A stretch of 32,000 nucleotides of DNA from Verrucomicrobiota bacterium (GTDB taxonomy: Bacteria; Verrucomicrobiota; Verrucomicrobiia; Chthoniobacterales; UBA6821): positions 1 through 32,000 of the forward strand of contig WBXG01000001.1 of the NCBI GenBank assembly GCA_008932965.1. The letters are read 5' to 3'. Position 1 is the first letter of the stretch; the number at the start of each line of letters is the position of its first letter. The position numbers and the translations under genes are program-made. The notes beneath the pieces are model-generated. The model was not told the origin of the DNA, made no database searches, and saw nothing but the letters and a program-made list of their open reading frames with translations. This document shows positions 1-9,750 of the stretch, piece after piece.

Positions 1-132
1 CAACCCCCAACTAAGTTGATTGCCAGAATCTTTTCCGAGAATTAATGGGAATATGACGTTGCCTGAACCAAAGAGCATGGCAAACATAGCAAGCCCTGTG
101 ATGATAATTTTTTTAATATGAGTTAATGACAT
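1..132 (-). CDS. brnQ: Branched-chain amino acid carrier (BrnQ/LIVCS family), N-terminal fragment running off the window
   Basis: My own minus-strand translation from the ATG (reverse complement of 130-132) gives MSLTHIKKIIITGLAMFAMLFGSGNVIFPLILGKDSGNQLSWGL. It stays open to the window edge. The motif A-x-F-A-M-L-F-G-x-G-N-x-I-F-P matches the BrnQ N-terminal signature as I recall it. It is absent from the ORF track because it is under 60 aa. Confidence 0.5.
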   Translation of the reverse strand, partial: MSLTHIKKIIITGLAMFAMLFGSGNVIFPLILGKDSGNQLSWGL

Positions 133-237
133 GAAGAAAATAATAAGTAGGAGGAATCTCCACATCTACGAAAGGGAGAGTGGAAGTGAGTTATATATTA
201 AATTGAAAAGGAGACGTGATAAGCTTGCTCTCATTCC

Positions 238-424
238 CTAGCCATGATATCTCGTGCTAATCATCTGCAGAGACCAGGGAGCTAGGATAAATGCTGCATG
301 AGACTTCCATTTTGACTTGGGCAGTAGGGACAACATACAGCCCTAATCACAATCCTTCGCCCGTCTTGTACTAATGAGCTTTGCACGGCACCTCATGACG
401 ATTAGTATGAAATATCCGAGCTAA
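238..424 (+). mobile_element. MITE-like TIR element, copy D (body 242-420, flanks CTAG/CTAA)
   Basis: The termini (ccatgatatctcgtgctaatc ... gattagtatgaaatatccgag) and the internal core (gggcagtagggacaacatacagccc) align with the copies at 12082, 20013 and 26311. It lies in the brnQ / ORF459 divergent intergenic region. Confidence 0.75.
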
Positions 425-458
425 AGCCATTACTGACACCATTGAGGTATATTGATTC

Positions 459-1025
459 ATGAAAACTGTAGCCAGGACATTTTATAGAAAAAAAGGGGCG
501 AGTCTCCTCATCCTTTTTGTTCTTTGTGCTGCTGCTCTGAAAGTGCAGGCGGAGCCCTCCCATCATGAGATTAAAGTGCCTCTAGGGCTTGTGTGGGGTG
601 ATTCCATTGAAAACCTTGAGGAGATGGCTCGGCCAGGAGGGTTTTCTATCACCCATCGAGAAGAGGTCGCAGAAAAAACGATCATAACTGTTCATGGACT
701 TCTTGGAACAGCACTAAGAGAAAATCTTTTTGTCTTTCAAAAAAATGCTCTTATTGAAATCGAATATCGCTATGGTGATCCCTCTTGGAGTGCGCAGCAG
801 TATCAAGATTTCTTTGATTCATTTCGACGAATGTACGATGCAAAATATGGAACCAGCACGCAACTCATCTCTATCAATTCCAAAAGACAAAAAGAACTTA
901 CTATTTCCTTAACTGGTTATCAGTGGGTAGACTCCACATGCGTCCTAGATCTTTTTTACTATAGCGCAGAGCAATCCAAGGAGCGGGTTTATCGATTGGT
1001 AAGCCTGCATTACAAGGTGCCTTAA
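459..1025 (+). CDS. Hypothetical secreted protein (N-terminal signal peptide)
   Basis: 188-aa ORF with a basic N-terminus followed by the hydrophobic stretch LLILFVLCAAALKVQA. I recognise no family. Its stop TAA (1023-1025) lies inside the TTAA that borders a MITE end fragment. Confidence 0.6.
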   Translation: MKTVARTFYRKKGASLLILFVLCAAALKVQAEPSHHEIKVPLGLVWGDSIENLEEMARPGGFSITHREEVAEKTIITVHGLLGTALRENLFVFQKNALIEIEYRYGDPSWSAQQYQDFFDSFRRMYDAKYGTSTQLISINSKRQKELTISLTGYQWVDSTCVLDLFYYSAEQSKERVYRLVSLHYKVP

Positions 1026-1053
1026 CCCGCATATTTCATACTGATCGTGACGG
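1022..1053 (-). repeat. Solo terminal fragment of the MITE family (right end, inverted)
   Basis: TTAA followed by cccgcatatttcatactgatcgtgacgg matches the reverse complement of the right ends at 12225-12255 and 20160-20188. Similarity is lost after about 28 nt. Confidence 0.7.
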
Positions 1054-1074
1054 TGACCTTGAGGTCCAGCATTA

Positions 1075-2643
1075 TTAATGGGACTCCCCCTTGGCAGTAG
1101 CCTCTTTTTTATAAGCAATCCTTGTATGAAACATACCTAGTAATGTGCTAACAAGGCTATCTGCAATCTTATGCAGTTCACCAATAGTAATGGGGCATTC
1201 GTCATACTGATTGTCATGCAAGCGTTCTTTGAGGAGTGTGTGAATGAGGTCCTCGATACGCTGTGGCGTTGGGCGCTCTAGACTGCGTGTAGCACTTTCG
1301 GCTGCATCAGCAAGACCAATAATAGCCGCCTCCTTAGTACTAGGTTTTGGTCCAGGATAGCGAAACTGATCCATGCTTACAGCAGGGATATCCTCAAGGC
1401 GAATATTCATAATTTTTCCACCGGTACGAATATCCTCCTCCTGCTGACGTGCACGCTGAAAAAAAAAGTCGATCACTGTCGTTCCATGATGTTGACGAAT
1501 GATGTCAATGATGCGGCCATGCAATTTATTTTTTAGAGCTAAGTCCACCCCTTCCTTAACATGAGCTGCAATGATGAGAGTACTCATGGTTGGGGTGAGG
1601 TCCTGATGAGGATTGTCCCCAGACCGCATGTTTTCTGTAAAATATTCTGATTTCACTAATTTTCCAATATCATGAAAATAGGCACCTACACGGCAAATGG
1701 TGGGGTTCGCATCAATCGCTTCTGCTGCTGCCTCTGCAAGGGTCGCCATCGAAAGGCTATGCTGGTAGGTGCCCGAAGCTTCCATGCTCAGGCGACGTAA
1801 TAACGGATGATTTAAGTCAGCCATTTCAAGCCAAGAAATATCGGTTGTGACTCGAAAAAGGTATTCTAGGATCGGTAATAATCCACTCACAATGACTGAA
1901 GTGCCGAGTCCACTAGTGAAGACCGCAGCTCCTTGCAAAAGAAAGAGGAGCCAATTGGTATCTCCTGATAAGGGTAAAGATGAAAGTGGCATCTCCCCAA
2001 AAAGAATTGATAAGATTAGCGTAGCAATTCCAACATAGATGCCAGCACGAATGAGTCGTGACCGACGGCGCAGTTGAAAGGTAACGATTACAGCAATGAG
2101 GCCTGTAATCTGAGAAATAATTAAAAAAGGAATATTGATACTTGTAAAATGATCTACAAGAAAAGCACCCCAGAGCCCTCCAAAAAAAAGGGCAAAGAAC
2201 CCCTCTTTTTTTCCTAAAAGTGCAGAGAGTGTTAATGGAGCGAACGTGTAGGGTACGAGCAGAGGTGCTATTTTTCCACTAAAGTCCTCAGTATTGCTGC
2301 CTAGGACCAGTACTTTTACAATGAGAAGCTGAAGAAGTAGTGTTCCAAAAATAAGGGTCAATCTTCTGTTGCTACAAAAAATATCATGATCGCCTATCCA
2401 TAATTGAAAGAGTGCAGCGACAAAAAGCAAAAGAGCAATGACTAATTGTTGTGTTCCAACAACAGTATCTCCAAGCATCATAATCCCAACGAGGGCTGCT
2501 AATATTATCACTAAAAGCAATGAGCGAATGATCCAATGTGTTTCCAAAAAACTCCCGAGCCTTGTTTCTTTAACGCGTCTTCTTATTTTTCCACAGGTCA
2601 GCCCTCGAGCAGCTAGTTGACGTTGTTCCAGATATTTAACCAT
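1075..2643 (-). CDS. Membrane-bound HD-domain phosphohydrolase (7TM receptor-HD, PgpH-like)
   Basis: 522 aa. The N-terminal half has multiple hydrophobic helices and the C-terminal half is an HD domain (motifs YFHDIGK and IIRQHHGT). It sits immediately downstream of phoH, the usual context for this family. Confidence 0.85.
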   Translation of the reverse strand: MVKYLEQRQLAARGLTCGKIRRRVKETRLGSFLETHWIIRSLLLVIILAALVGIMMLGDTVVGTQQLVIALLLFVAALFQLWIGDHDIFCSNRRLTLIFGTLLLQLLIVKVLVLGSNTEDFSGKIAPLLVPYTFAPLTLSALLGKKEGFFALFFGGLWGAFLVDHFTSINIPFLIISQITGLIAVIVTFQLRRRSRLIRAGIYVGIATLILSILFGEMPLSSLPLSGDTNWLLFLLQGAAVFTSGLGTSVIVSGLLPILEYLFRVTTDISWLEMADLNHPLLRRLSMEASGTYQHSLSMATLAEAAAEAIDANPTICRVGAYFHDIGKLVKSEYFTENMRSGDNPHQDLTPTMSTLIIAAHVKEGVDLALKNKLHGRIIDIIRQHHGTTVIDFFFQRARQQEEDIRTGGKIMNIRLEDIPAVSMDQFRYPGPKPSTKEAAIIGLADAAESATRSLERPTPQRIEDLIHTLLKERLHDNQYDECPITIGELHKIADSLVSTLLGMFHTRIAYKKEATAKGESH

Positions 2644-2650
2644 GAATTAA

Positions 2651-3664
2651 TTAAGAAAGAGCTCGGTGCTTTTGATAAGCATGAATAACGGCTTTTACAA
2701 GCGAATGACGGACAACATCTGATTCTTGAAAATAGTGGAATCCAATACTAGGAATCATCTTGAGTGCTTGTAGCGCTTCAATAAGTCCGCTTGGTTTGTT
2801 TTTGGGAAGATCCGTTTGTGTTGGATCACCTGTAATAATACATCGTGATCCTAGCCCGATACGCGTGAGAAACATGAACATTTGTTCTGTAGTCGTGTTT
2901 TGTGATTCATCTAAGATAATAAATGCATTACTTAAGGTGCGGCCTCTCATGTAAGCAAGAGGTGCAATTTGGATAATGTTTTTATCTAGGTAACGTTGTA
3001 TTTCCTCCGGTTCCAACATGTCATGGAGTGCATCATAAAGAGGACGTAAGTAGGGGAAAATTTTTTCTTGGAGCTCCCCGGGAAGGAACCCTAATGCTTC
3101 TCCTGCCTCAACAGCAGGACGTGTTAGGATGATAGTGCTTATTTTTTCTTGTTTCAACGCAGAAACTGCTTTGGCCATAGCAAGGTATGTTTTACCTGTA
3201 CCTGCTGGTCCAATGCCAAATGTGATCTCGTGCTCCTCCATCATTTGAAGATAAATTTGTTGAGATTCTGTTTTAGGATAAATAGCCGGTTTTCGAAAGG
3301 AGCATTGAAGGCGTTGGGGGACTTTCTCTAAAGGCTTCATGGTAGAGTTTTGTAATACATTCAAAAATTCGTTTTTACCTATGGTGATTCCTCCCTTTTG
3401 TAAGTCAAGGAGCTCACCCAACATCAGTTGGGCTCTTTTGATGGCCTCAGGGGCTCCCTCCACCCGGAACCAACCATCACGGGTGACAATAGCGATCTCA
3501 AGAACTTCCTCCATCGTCTTAAGGAGCTGTTCATTGCCGTCATAGATTGCTTGTAATGAGCGTGCACTTTCAAATTCCCAAGTGATTGTCTGATGCTCAG
3601 GACGTGTGCTCGATATAATACGAGACGAAGCCGTCAGTGGAAGGGAAGAGTCGAGCGTCTTCAA
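2651..3664 (-). CDS. phoH: PhoH-family ATPase
   Basis: 337 aa with Walker A GPAGTGKTYLA, Walker B FIILDESQN, and the PhoH-typical TGDPTQTDLP motif. Confidence 0.9.
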   Translation of the reverse strand: MKTLDSSLPLTASSRIISSTRPEHQTITWEFESARSLQAIYDGNEQLLKTMEEVLEIAIVTRDGWFRVEGAPEAIKRAQLMLGELLDLQKGGITIGKNEFLNVLQNSTMKPLEKVPQRLQCSFRKPAIYPKTESQQIYLQMMEEHEITFGIGPAGTGKTYLAMAKAVSALKQEKISTIILTRPAVEAGEALGFLPGELQEKIFPYLRPLYDALHDMLEPEEIQRYLDKNIIQIAPLAYMRGRTLSNAFIILDESQNTTTEQMFMFLTRIGLGSRCIITGDPTQTDLPKNKPSGLIEALQALKMIPSIGFHYFQESDVVRHSLVKAVIHAYQKHRALS

Positions 3665-3681
3665 AGTAAATACTGACAGTT

Positions 3682-4236
3682 TTATTTTGAAGCTTTAAGG
3701 TCTTTCTCTTTGAAATCCTTATAACCATAAACAAGAGCCCAAGGTGTTCTCTCCTCAGGTGATTTCAATACCTCTACGATTGCAAAATAAGTTCCAGTTT
3801 TTTCAGGGATGATATGAGATCCCGCTGAGGCACAGTGTTTTTTATCATGGGTGCGTTGCCAGGCCTCTGATTCAGCCAATTTCCCCAAGGCGTCATAAAG
3901 ATGCACAGAAACTTTAGCATTCTTCACATCGGAGGCCATGATAAACCAGTAATCATTTCCTTTAAAGAGTTGTGCCATAACGGCCTTTTTCTCTTTGACT
4001 CCTAAATCACCACCCCATGCATCTTTACGGAAGGCATATTGTTTAGCATACGGTAGAGAGGCCTCATAAGCAAAAGCAAGAGCATCATCAACCGATGCAT
4101 GGACGGTTGACATAAAAGCAATAGCAACTAGGCAAAGAGCTACACGTTGTTTTAGAGAAGATGGATGGTAAGAAAACACGGTCTTTTTAGATGAGAAAAG
4201 TTCAAGAAATATCATTGATTTTTTGAACAACATCAT
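3682..4236 (-). CDS. Hypothetical exported protein (start uncertain: 4236, 4233 or 4215)
   Basis: The ORF-track start at 4308 overlaps the upstream gene by 107 nt. Internal Met codons precede a signal-like segment, KQRVALCLVAIAFMSTVHA. I recognise no family. Confidence 0.55.
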   Translation of the reverse strand: MMLFKKSMIFLELFSSKKTVFSYHPSSLKQRVALCLVAIAFMSTVHASVDDALAFAYEASLPYAKQYAFRKDAWGGDLGVKEKKAVMAQLFKGNDYWFIMASDVKNAKVSVHLYDALGKLAESEAWQRTHDKKHCASAGSHIIPEKTGTYFAIVEVLKSPEERTPWALVYGYKDFKEKDLKASK

Positions 4237-5074
4237 CGGTGAGAGAATGAATTTTTTTGATCTGCTCCCGAGGGATATCTTGTTTTTTCCCATCAATGAT
4301 TGGGGCAATTTGACTCAGAATAGAATGAATGCGAACTACCAAAGGATTTTTCCTTAAGCGAGGCGACATTCTGTTAATACAACGATCAAAGTAACGAACC
4401 AACTCTGGTTGATGGAGGAGCTCAGCTCCTGAAGGAGTATAATGCTCGTCAACAATAGCAGTGAGTGCATCAGTGCCGCGAAGCCATCCTCCCAAGCTTA
4501 CTAACTGAGCAAGATCTTCATCGTTCATTTCATCCATGGCAGCACGCACATCTTGTAACGCACCATCAAATTCGACACGCACCCCATGCCAGTCGCGATG
4601 ATTTGCCTTATCAATAATGCTTTTGCTTCGCGTGATCACCGATTTGCGCACATTAATAGCATCGGCAAGAGTCAAGACATCACGGCCTAATTCTTTGACA
4701 CGCTCTGCATCTTCAGCCTCAACAGCAATAAATCCTTCTGCAATAACGGAGCCAAGCAATAAAGCAACCTGTGCGCGATCATCAGGAGTTTGTGTCTTGC
4801 GAAGTCGAAGTTGAGCTCTCCAATTAGGATTCCCTAATTGATCGAGTACCCCAAAGATCTCGCTGGGGACAGGAACAACAACATCTTGAACGGAGGCTGC
4901 TGGAAAATCCGAAAGATTAATCGACATTGGAACTCCCTCTGCACGCAGTAAAGAGAGACTGAAGAGGAAAAAAAAGAAAATGAGTAAACCCGAGCTTAAA
5001 GTCCATGAGGAACAAGCAAGTGGAGATGTCATTGTAGAACTAACTCGCAAAAAATAGGATGAAGGGGTTTTCAT
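4202..5074 (-). CDS. Hypothetical exported or membrane-anchored protein
   Basis: 290-aa ORF with an N-terminal hydrophobic segment (LLIFFFFLFSLSLLRAEG). Same strand as phoH. No recognised domain. Confidence 0.6.
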   Translation of the reverse strand: MKTPSSYFLRVSSTMTSPLACSSWTLSSGLLIFFFFLFSLSLLRAEGVPMSINLSDFPAASVQDVVVPVPSEIFGVLDQLGNPNWRAQLRLRKTQTPDDRAQVALLLGSVIAEGFIAVEAEDAERVKELGRDVLTLADAINVRKSVITRSKSIIDKANHRDWHGVRVEFDGALQDVRAAMDEMNDEDLAQLVSLGGWLRGTDALTAIVDEHYTPSGAELLHQPELVRYFDRCINRMSPRLRKNPLVVRIHSILSQIAPIIDGKKQDIPREQIKKIHSLTDDVVQKINDIS

Positions 5075-5172
5075 GCTTTGGTTTAGAAACTCACTATAGT
5101 ATAACTATTATTTTTAATAACGCACCGTTATTATCCAACGCTACGCAGACTTCTCAAAAAATTGACTTTTTA

Positions 5173-6174
5173 ATGGACGCTCTAAGACTACAACATTTAC
5201 TCAATATTGCCGCTAAAAAAAAGATTTTAGTTTTAGGGGACCTCATGCTTGATGAATTCGTTTGGGGAAATGTAGTTCGTATTTCACCCGAAGCTCCTGT
5301 TCCGGTAGTGGAGGTTGAACGAGAGTCAAGCTATCCAGGAGGTGCAGCTAATGTAGCTCGAAACTTAAGGCAATTTTGTCAAGAAGTACATGTCTTAGGC
5401 TCTATTGGAAAAGATGCTGCTGGGGAGAAATTAAGATCCTTAATGAAGGAAGAGGGATTGAAAACTGAAGAACTTATTCTAGCAGAGGAAACTCCCACCA
5501 TTGTAAAAACTCGTATTATTGCGCAGCATCAACAGGTCGTAAGAGTCGATCGAGAAAAAAAATCGACTCTCAATTCCCATGTCTTACGGCATTCAATAGA
5601 GCGCTCTCTTGTGTTATTAGAAACAATAGATGCCATTCTTTTTGAGGACTACGGCAAAGGATTTCTCCGCCAAGAGTTAGTTGATGCTATTTTAAATCAA
5701 AGGAGAGATCAGATTATTACGAGTGATCCTCATCCTGGAAATCCCCTTGATTGGCCTGGTATTGCCGTGATCAAACCAAACCGTACGGAGGCTTTTGCAG
5801 CAGCAGGGGTTCCTTTAGTACCTCCTGTTTTTCCGGTGGAGCAAGATGGAGCGCTCCTTGCTGTTGGAGAGCGATTATTACAACGTTGGCATTCCCAAGC
5901 TCTCCTCATTACTCTTGGCGAGCAAGGCATGATGCTCTTTCGCTCTGGCCATCCTCCTTATCACACTCCTACTCGGGCTCAGGAGGTCTACGATGTTTCT
6001 GGGGCTGGAGATACCGCTATTGCTCTCTATACCATTGGGATCACCTCAGGGGCAACTCCAGAAGAAGCAGCGGAACTAGCCAACCATGCTGCTGGCATTG
6101 TGATTGGCAAATTAGGAACAGCAACATGCTCCCCTGAAGAACTTCAGGAAAGCTTTTTAAAATTTTCCTCATGA
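5173..6174 (+). CDS. hldA: D-glycero-beta-D-manno-heptose-7-phosphate kinase (PfkB family, RfaE domain I only)
   Basis: N-terminal KILVLGDLMLDEF and C-terminal DVSGAGDT, the PfkB/ribokinase signature. Homology begins at Met39 of the track ORF (ATG at 5173). The stop overlaps the gmhB start as ATGA. Confidence 0.85.
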   Translation: MDALRLQHLLNIAAKKKILVLGDLMLDEFVWGNVVRISPEAPVPVVEVERESSYPGGAANVARNLRQFCQEVHVLGSIGKDAAGEKLRSLMKEEGLKTEELILAEETPTIVKTRIIAQHQQVVRVDREKKSTLNSHVLRHSIERSLVLLETIDAILFEDYGKGFLRQELVDAILNQRRDQIITSDPHPGNPLDWPGIAVIKPNRTEAFAAAGVPLVPPVFPVEQDGALLAVGERLLQRWHSQALLITLGEQGMMLFRSGHPPYHTPTRAQEVYDVSGAGDTAIALYTIGITSGATPEEAAELANHAAGIVIGKLGTATCSPEELQESFLKFSS

Positions 6175-6857
6175 ACCAGAGTGCCAACAATCAGGGTGAT
6201 TCTCATGGTGCCAACAGCGATAGCCACGATAATGCTTGTCAACATGGGTCCCAACAAGGTCTCAAGCCGGCACTATTTCTAGATCGTGATGGGACTTTAA
6301 TGAAAGAAGTAGATCATTGTCATCGCCCAGAGGAGGTTGAAGCCATTGAAGGTGCTGCTGCTGGGCTGGCCAAAGCACGCAAGCAAGGTTGGTATAATGT
6401 CATCATCACTAATCAAAGTGGTATTGGTCGTGGTTATTTTACAAAAAAAGAATTTCAGGCAGTTCAAGAGGAACTACAACGTCAATTAGGGGGTCTTATT
6501 GATACCACCTACATGGCACCAGATCTTCCTAATACAAACTCTTCTCGACGCAAGCCTGCTCCAGGAATGTTCCTAGAAGCAGCTCATGATCTTGGGATCA
6601 ACCTCTCCCTCTCTTTTATGATTGGAGATCGCAGCAGTGATATAGAAGCTGGGAGAGCTGCAGGCTGTAAAACAATTTTGGTCTTAACAGGCTATGGTCA
6701 AGAAAACCGCAATTGTGGTGCCGATTTCATTGTAAAGGATGTAACCGAGGCTATAGATGTGGCTCTTACCTATAACGTTGATGCAACTTATGCGGGTTAC
6801 CCCCCCCCATTTTTAGGATTATTTTCCAATACAAAATGTACTAAAAATGGTTCCTAG
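6171..6857 (+). CDS. gmhB: D,D-heptose 1,7-bisphosphate phosphatase (HAD-IIIA) with low-complexity N-extension and long C-tail
   Basis: HAD motifs FLDRDGT, TNQSGIGRG and GDRSSDIEAG. There is a 4-nt ATGA overlap with hldA. The 3' tail overlaps convergent mnmE by 39 nt and contains a C9 tract. Confidence 0.85.
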   Translation: MNQSANNQGDSHGANSDSHDNACQHGSQQGLKPALFLDRDGTLMKEVDHCHRPEEVEAIEGAAAGLAKARKQGWYNVIITNQSGIGRGYFTKKEFQAVQEELQRQLGGLIDTTYMAPDLPNTNSSRRKPAPGMFLEAAHDLGINLSLSFMIGDRSSDIEAGRAAGCKTILVLTGYGQENRNCGADFIVKDVTEAIDVALTYNVDATYAGYPPPFLGLFSNTKCTKNGS

Positions 6858-8168
6858 AATTTCTTCGGAATCGACTTCTCCCGTGACCTCTCCCACTGCC
6901 TCTAAAGCATCATGCAGCTCGATTGATAATAATTCTAAAGGCTCTCGCATCGATTCCAACACAATGGCTTTATCTATCGAATGTAAGGCACGGCTGAGAC
7001 AAGCTTGATGACGTGCATTGATTGCTAAGAGCGAGGGAGTCGCCTCCCTGCATTCCTCTTTCTTGCCAGTCGCCCGCTTGATGATGGTTGTTATTAATGT
7101 TTCCATCCCTTCTCCTGTCATGCAGGAAATCATCAGCGCAGAAGGAAACTTCTTTTGCAAAGAATCCCGATTGGCGATCAAATCAACTTTGTTAAAAATT
7201 AATAATTCGTTCTTTGAAATAGGCTCTATTATTTGATTTATGTCTCTGGCATCGACGAGATGAAGAACATCATCGGCGTTGTTCACAGCCCTCTGTGCGC
7301 GTGCTACTCCCTCGCGTTCGATCAAATCTTCTGTTAACCTAATTCCTGCTGTATCAATAACTCGAAATGGAAAGCCACCGAGCGTTGTCATTTCTTCAAT
7401 CGTATCACGTGTTGTTCCTGCAGTGGGGCTAACAATCGCTCGTTCCATTTCTAAGAGCTTATTAAAAAGGCTTGATTTTCCTACATTGGGAGAACCACAA
7501 AGAACGAGTGAGGCACCTTCCCTCACTAAACGTCCCTCTTCAGCCGTGTCTAATAATTGGACTAAATGATGACGAGACGATTCCATACGAGTGCGCAAAA
7601 GGGCCCCTTCTTCAGGGTTAATATCTTCGTCAGGAAAATCAAAAAAAGCTTCAAGATGGGCTACCATGGTTAGCAGTTCACATTTTATTTTTTCGATTTC
7701 TTGGCCCAAACGTCCAGATCGCTGTGCTAAGGCAATACGTTGAGCGTGACGTGTCTGAGCTGAAATCAAATCCATGACTGCTTCTGCTTGAGTTAGATCC
7801 ATTTTTCCATGGAGGTAGGCTCGCTGGGTAAATTCCCCTGGACGAGCTAGTCGGGCCCCTTTGCTAAGGGTCGCTTCTAACAAGCGTGCTACAATGAGGG
7901 CTCCGCCATGACCACTGATTTCAACAACATCTTCCCCTGTGTAACTCTTGGGAGCTCGAAAAATAGTGAGTAACACTTCATCAAGGAGATGTTCTTCATG
8001 AACAATAGTGCCACAGTAGGAACGGCGGGATTCCATCAGTGATGGCCGGGTGTTTCCTTGAAAAAGCTGGTCCACTAGGGGAATTGCCTCAGGCCCAGAG
8101 ATTCTGAGCACGGCAATAGCCCCTGATCCCGGAGGTGTGGCAATAGCGGTAATGGTATCGTTCATCAA
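6819..8168 (-). CDS. mnmE: tRNA uridine-5-carboxymethylaminomethyl modification GTPase
   Basis: 449 aa with G motifs GSPNVGKSSLFN, DTAG and NKVD, plus the canonical C-terminal FCIGK. Confidence 0.95.
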   Translation of the reverse strand: MMNDTITAIATPPGSGAIAVLRISGPEAIPLVDQLFQGNTRPSLMESRRSYCGTIVHEEHLLDEVLLTIFRAPKSYTGEDVVEISGHGGALIVARLLEATLSKGARLARPGEFTQRAYLHGKMDLTQAEAVMDLISAQTRHAQRIALAQRSGRLGQEIEKIKCELLTMVAHLEAFFDFPDEDINPEEGALLRTRMESSRHHLVQLLDTAEEGRLVREGASLVLCGSPNVGKSSLFNKLLEMERAIVSPTAGTTRDTIEEMTTLGGFPFRVIDTAGIRLTEDLIEREGVARAQRAVNNADDVLHLVDARDINQIIEPISKNELLIFNKVDLIANRDSLQKKFPSALMISCMTGEGMETLITTIIKRATGKKEECREATPSLLAINARHQACLSRALHSIDKAIVLESMREPLELLSIELHDALEAVGEVTGEVDSEEILGTIFSTFCIGK

Positions 8169-8285
8169 AAATAAAAAATGAATAAGAAAAGAAAATCTTA
8201 AAAATGATGAGTTGAAATGGGTGCTATTTTATTATGGGCAACTTTTTTACCCCAAAATATGAGATGAGGCCCTAGTTTCTTCTGT

Positions 8286-9683
8286 TTACTTCACCCCAAA
8301 TAGCTTTCTCTCCAAGATTAATTGTACCACTTCAGCAGGGACCATTCTTTTCCAAGTTTCATCTCCCTTTTTAATTTTAGCAACAACCTGGAGGGATTGA
8401 ATTCTTAAGTATTCGGTATGGCAGCTATCAAGGGGAACAATAAATCTATTTTTGAGCAGATATTGGTAGAGTTCGTTGAGATGCTCTTGTACTGGGAATG
8501 AGGAGGCATGCAGTAAATTCCCTTGTTCATCGAGCGTCGGATAAACATAGAGCTGTACGCCCGTTTTGAAAAGACGCCCAAGACCTTCGAGGATTCCCCC
8601 TTCCAGTCCCACATAATACTTTTCATCAAAAAGTTCATAGAGACTGGGAACACCTAGTGGGAGGCCAATAATTTTACTCGTATAGCGCGTGAAATATTGA
8701 ATGAGACGATAAAATTCACCGTAGTTAGAAATTAAGACTGTTCTCCCTAGTGCACTTAACATATCAACGCGATCCATGAAATCTTGGTGGTCGAGTGTTC
8801 CCTGGCGAAGAAGGTTCGACATCGTAATTTCCATGAGAATTTCAGGTTGATCGCCTTTCAACTCCTCATGCTTGAGGAAATGACCCAATGCACAATCTAG
8901 CATATCGTTGGCTAAGAGAGTTACAGGACAAAAGCTCCCACGCTCAACAAGAAGTGGTTTTTCATGAAATTTATCTGCAGCCTGAATGACATCACCATCA
9001 CTATTAAATAAAACTGCCTGAGCCAAACCTTGTGTCACTAATTCCAGACACATGATACGATTATCAAGCATTGTAAATTCAGGTCCCGAAAAGCGAATCA
9101 TATCTATTTCGATGCGTGATGAATTGAGGTCATCGAGCAGGGAGGTAATAAAAGCATTGGGATGATGACGCAGGAAAAAAGCCCCATAGATTAAATTAAC
9201 ACCAACAATCCCAAGAACCTCCTGCTGATCGATATTTTCATGATCAAGCATGCGCAAATGGAGAATGATTTCGTTAGGGGCACTTTGGGGTGACGATTGA
9301 AAGCGAATTCCCATCCATCCGTGAGCTTCATTTTGTGACTTATAGGACCGTGCTGCAACGGTGTTGGCAAAAGCAAAAAAATTCTTAGAAGTCCCCGATT
9401 TTTCCCCAAGACGCTCCAGGAGTAATTTATATTCATGATCAAGCATCGTTCCTAAACGTTCACGGCTGACATAGCGTCCGCATCGCCCGTAGATTTCATC
9501 AGAAAAAGTCATATCATAAGCCGAGATCGATTTGGCAACTGTACCTGCAGCACCGCCTACCTGAAAAAAACGCCGGGCAACCTCTTGACCTCCCCCAATT
9601 TCAGCAAATGTTCCATAGATCAGAGGATCCATGTTAATTTGAAAGGCTTTTTTATTTCCTTGAAGTTCGAATTGATTGGGCAT
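8286..9683 (-). CDS. Conserved-looking cytoplasmic protein of unknown function
   Basis: 465-aa uninterrupted ORF with no signal peptide or TM segment. It has a Gly-rich N-terminal motif (FAEIGGGQEVARRFFQVGGAAGTVAKS). I cannot assign a family from memory. Confidence 0.7.
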   Translation of the reverse strand: MPNQFELQGNKKAFQINMDPLIYGTFAEIGGGQEVARRFFQVGGAAGTVAKSISAYDMTFSDEIYGRCGRYVSRERLGTMLDHEYKLLLERLGEKSGTSKNFFAFANTVAARSYKSQNEAHGWMGIRFQSSPQSAPNEIILHLRMLDHENIDQQEVLGIVGVNLIYGAFFLRHHPNAFITSLLDDLNSSRIEIDMIRFSGPEFTMLDNRIMCLELVTQGLAQAVLFNSDGDVIQAADKFHEKPLLVERGSFCPVTLLANDMLDCALGHFLKHEELKGDQPEILMEITMSNLLRQGTLDHQDFMDRVDMLSALGRTVLISNYGEFYRLIQYFTRYTSKIIGLPLGVPSLYELFDEKYYVGLEGGILEGLGRLFKTGVQLYVYPTLDEQGNLLHASSFPVQEHLNELYQYLLKNRFIVPLDSCHTEYLRIQSLQVVAKIKKGDETWKRMVPAEVVQLILERKLFGVK

Positions 9684-9750
9684 GGGAGGTGAAACTATTC
9701 TGTTTTAAAAAAAGAGGAAATCTAAATTCTATTGAAAGAGTAGGGGAAAC

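Noticed and set aside
4237-4308. Upstream extension of the 3682 ORF, overlapping the preceding gene by 107 nt.
   Set aside because: Internal Met codons at 4236, 4233 and 4215 give a far smaller overlap and still precede the signal-like segment.
5059-5172. 38-codon N-terminal extension of hldA that would overlap the divergent gene start at 5074.
   Set aside because: Family homology begins at Met39 (ATG 5173), and the extension has no kinase features.
5751-6137. 128-aa alternative-frame ORF inside hldA, along with the many 60-100 aa antisense ORFs listed inside phoH, mnmE, mpl, hutG, tolB and the giant gene.
   Set aside because: All are nested within longer ORFs that have clear family signatures. 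None has recognisable motifs.
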